A stretch of 63,428 nt of DNA, filler included, from Circinaria calcarea (Eukaryota): NCBI GenBank assembly GCA_051942165.1. It is 22 parts of 22 records of this genome, joined end to end, with 100 filler letters (N's around TTAATTAATTAA, not from the genome) between each part and the next. Parts side by side here need not be neighbours in the genome. Positions count along the whole stretch, not along the records: positions 60,659 to 63,428 come from JAVECS010003265.1; 21 more parts are not named here. The stretch is one strand, 5' to 3'. Both the position numbers and the translations under genes were made by a program. The notes beneath the pieces were generated by a model. The model did no database searches, was not told the origin of the DNA, and was given only the letters and a program-made list of their open reading frames with translations. How positions within the stretch are numbered: the first letter of the stretch is position 1; the number at the start of each line of letters is the position of its first letter. Shown in pieces: positions 63,101-63,428 of this stretch.

Positions 63101-63428
63101 AGCCTCATTGACTTCTGCCCTCGCCTTCTTCACCCTGGTCCCTGGTTCTTTTTCATTCGCGATTCTGTCCTCAAGGGCCGATGCCACCAGGGCGTGTCTC
63201 TTGGCGTCAGATAAACAGAGCCAGATTCAACACATCCTGAGGTATTGGCGGGAGAAAAAAGTGGCCCATCCACTTGCTACTGGAACTGGTCTATTAATCG
63301 TGATATAGATGAGGACAATCTCGAACGATTTTAAAAGCCACTTCATGGAACATCTCGCCGTATTTGTTAATAAGACTCTTAACATAGGTAACGTCAGCTC
63401 CGTATATACATATCATATAATATAATAT

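Overview
This is not one locus. It is 22 short contigs (2802 down to 2770 bp, sorted by decreasing length) from a filamentous ascomycete, possibly lichen-forming (a guess from gene content), joined by an artificial 100-bp spacer (N44-TTAATTAATTAA-N44). Adjacency across spacers means nothing. Recognisable genes, mostly partial and intron-containing: EF-hand type II NADH dehydrogenase, vps1, SDR, pda1, EthD, VTC-like protein, arginase, Pth11-like protein, diterpene synthase, two MFS transporters, atg18, class III ADH, His-phosphatase, DUF1776, wss1, dapB and rcy1. Several pseudogenes and RIP-like AT-rich relics are present. Best observations: (1) contigs 3 and 21 are two halves of one three-level nested insertion (intron-containing DD34E Tc1 element > LTR-A > LTR-B), supported by two matching 5-bp TSDs and an in-frame transposase rejoin; (2) the last 23 codons of arginase recur 1.6 kb downstream with mostly synonymous differences, bracketing a kinase pseudogene; (3) a decayed DUF3435 Starship-captain recombinase has an upstream inverted repeat and TTAC/GTAA cluster; (4) two 5'-less gene tails are joined back to back; (5) a dense palindrome cluster sits in contig 21. 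All family calls come from motif recognition, not database searches.
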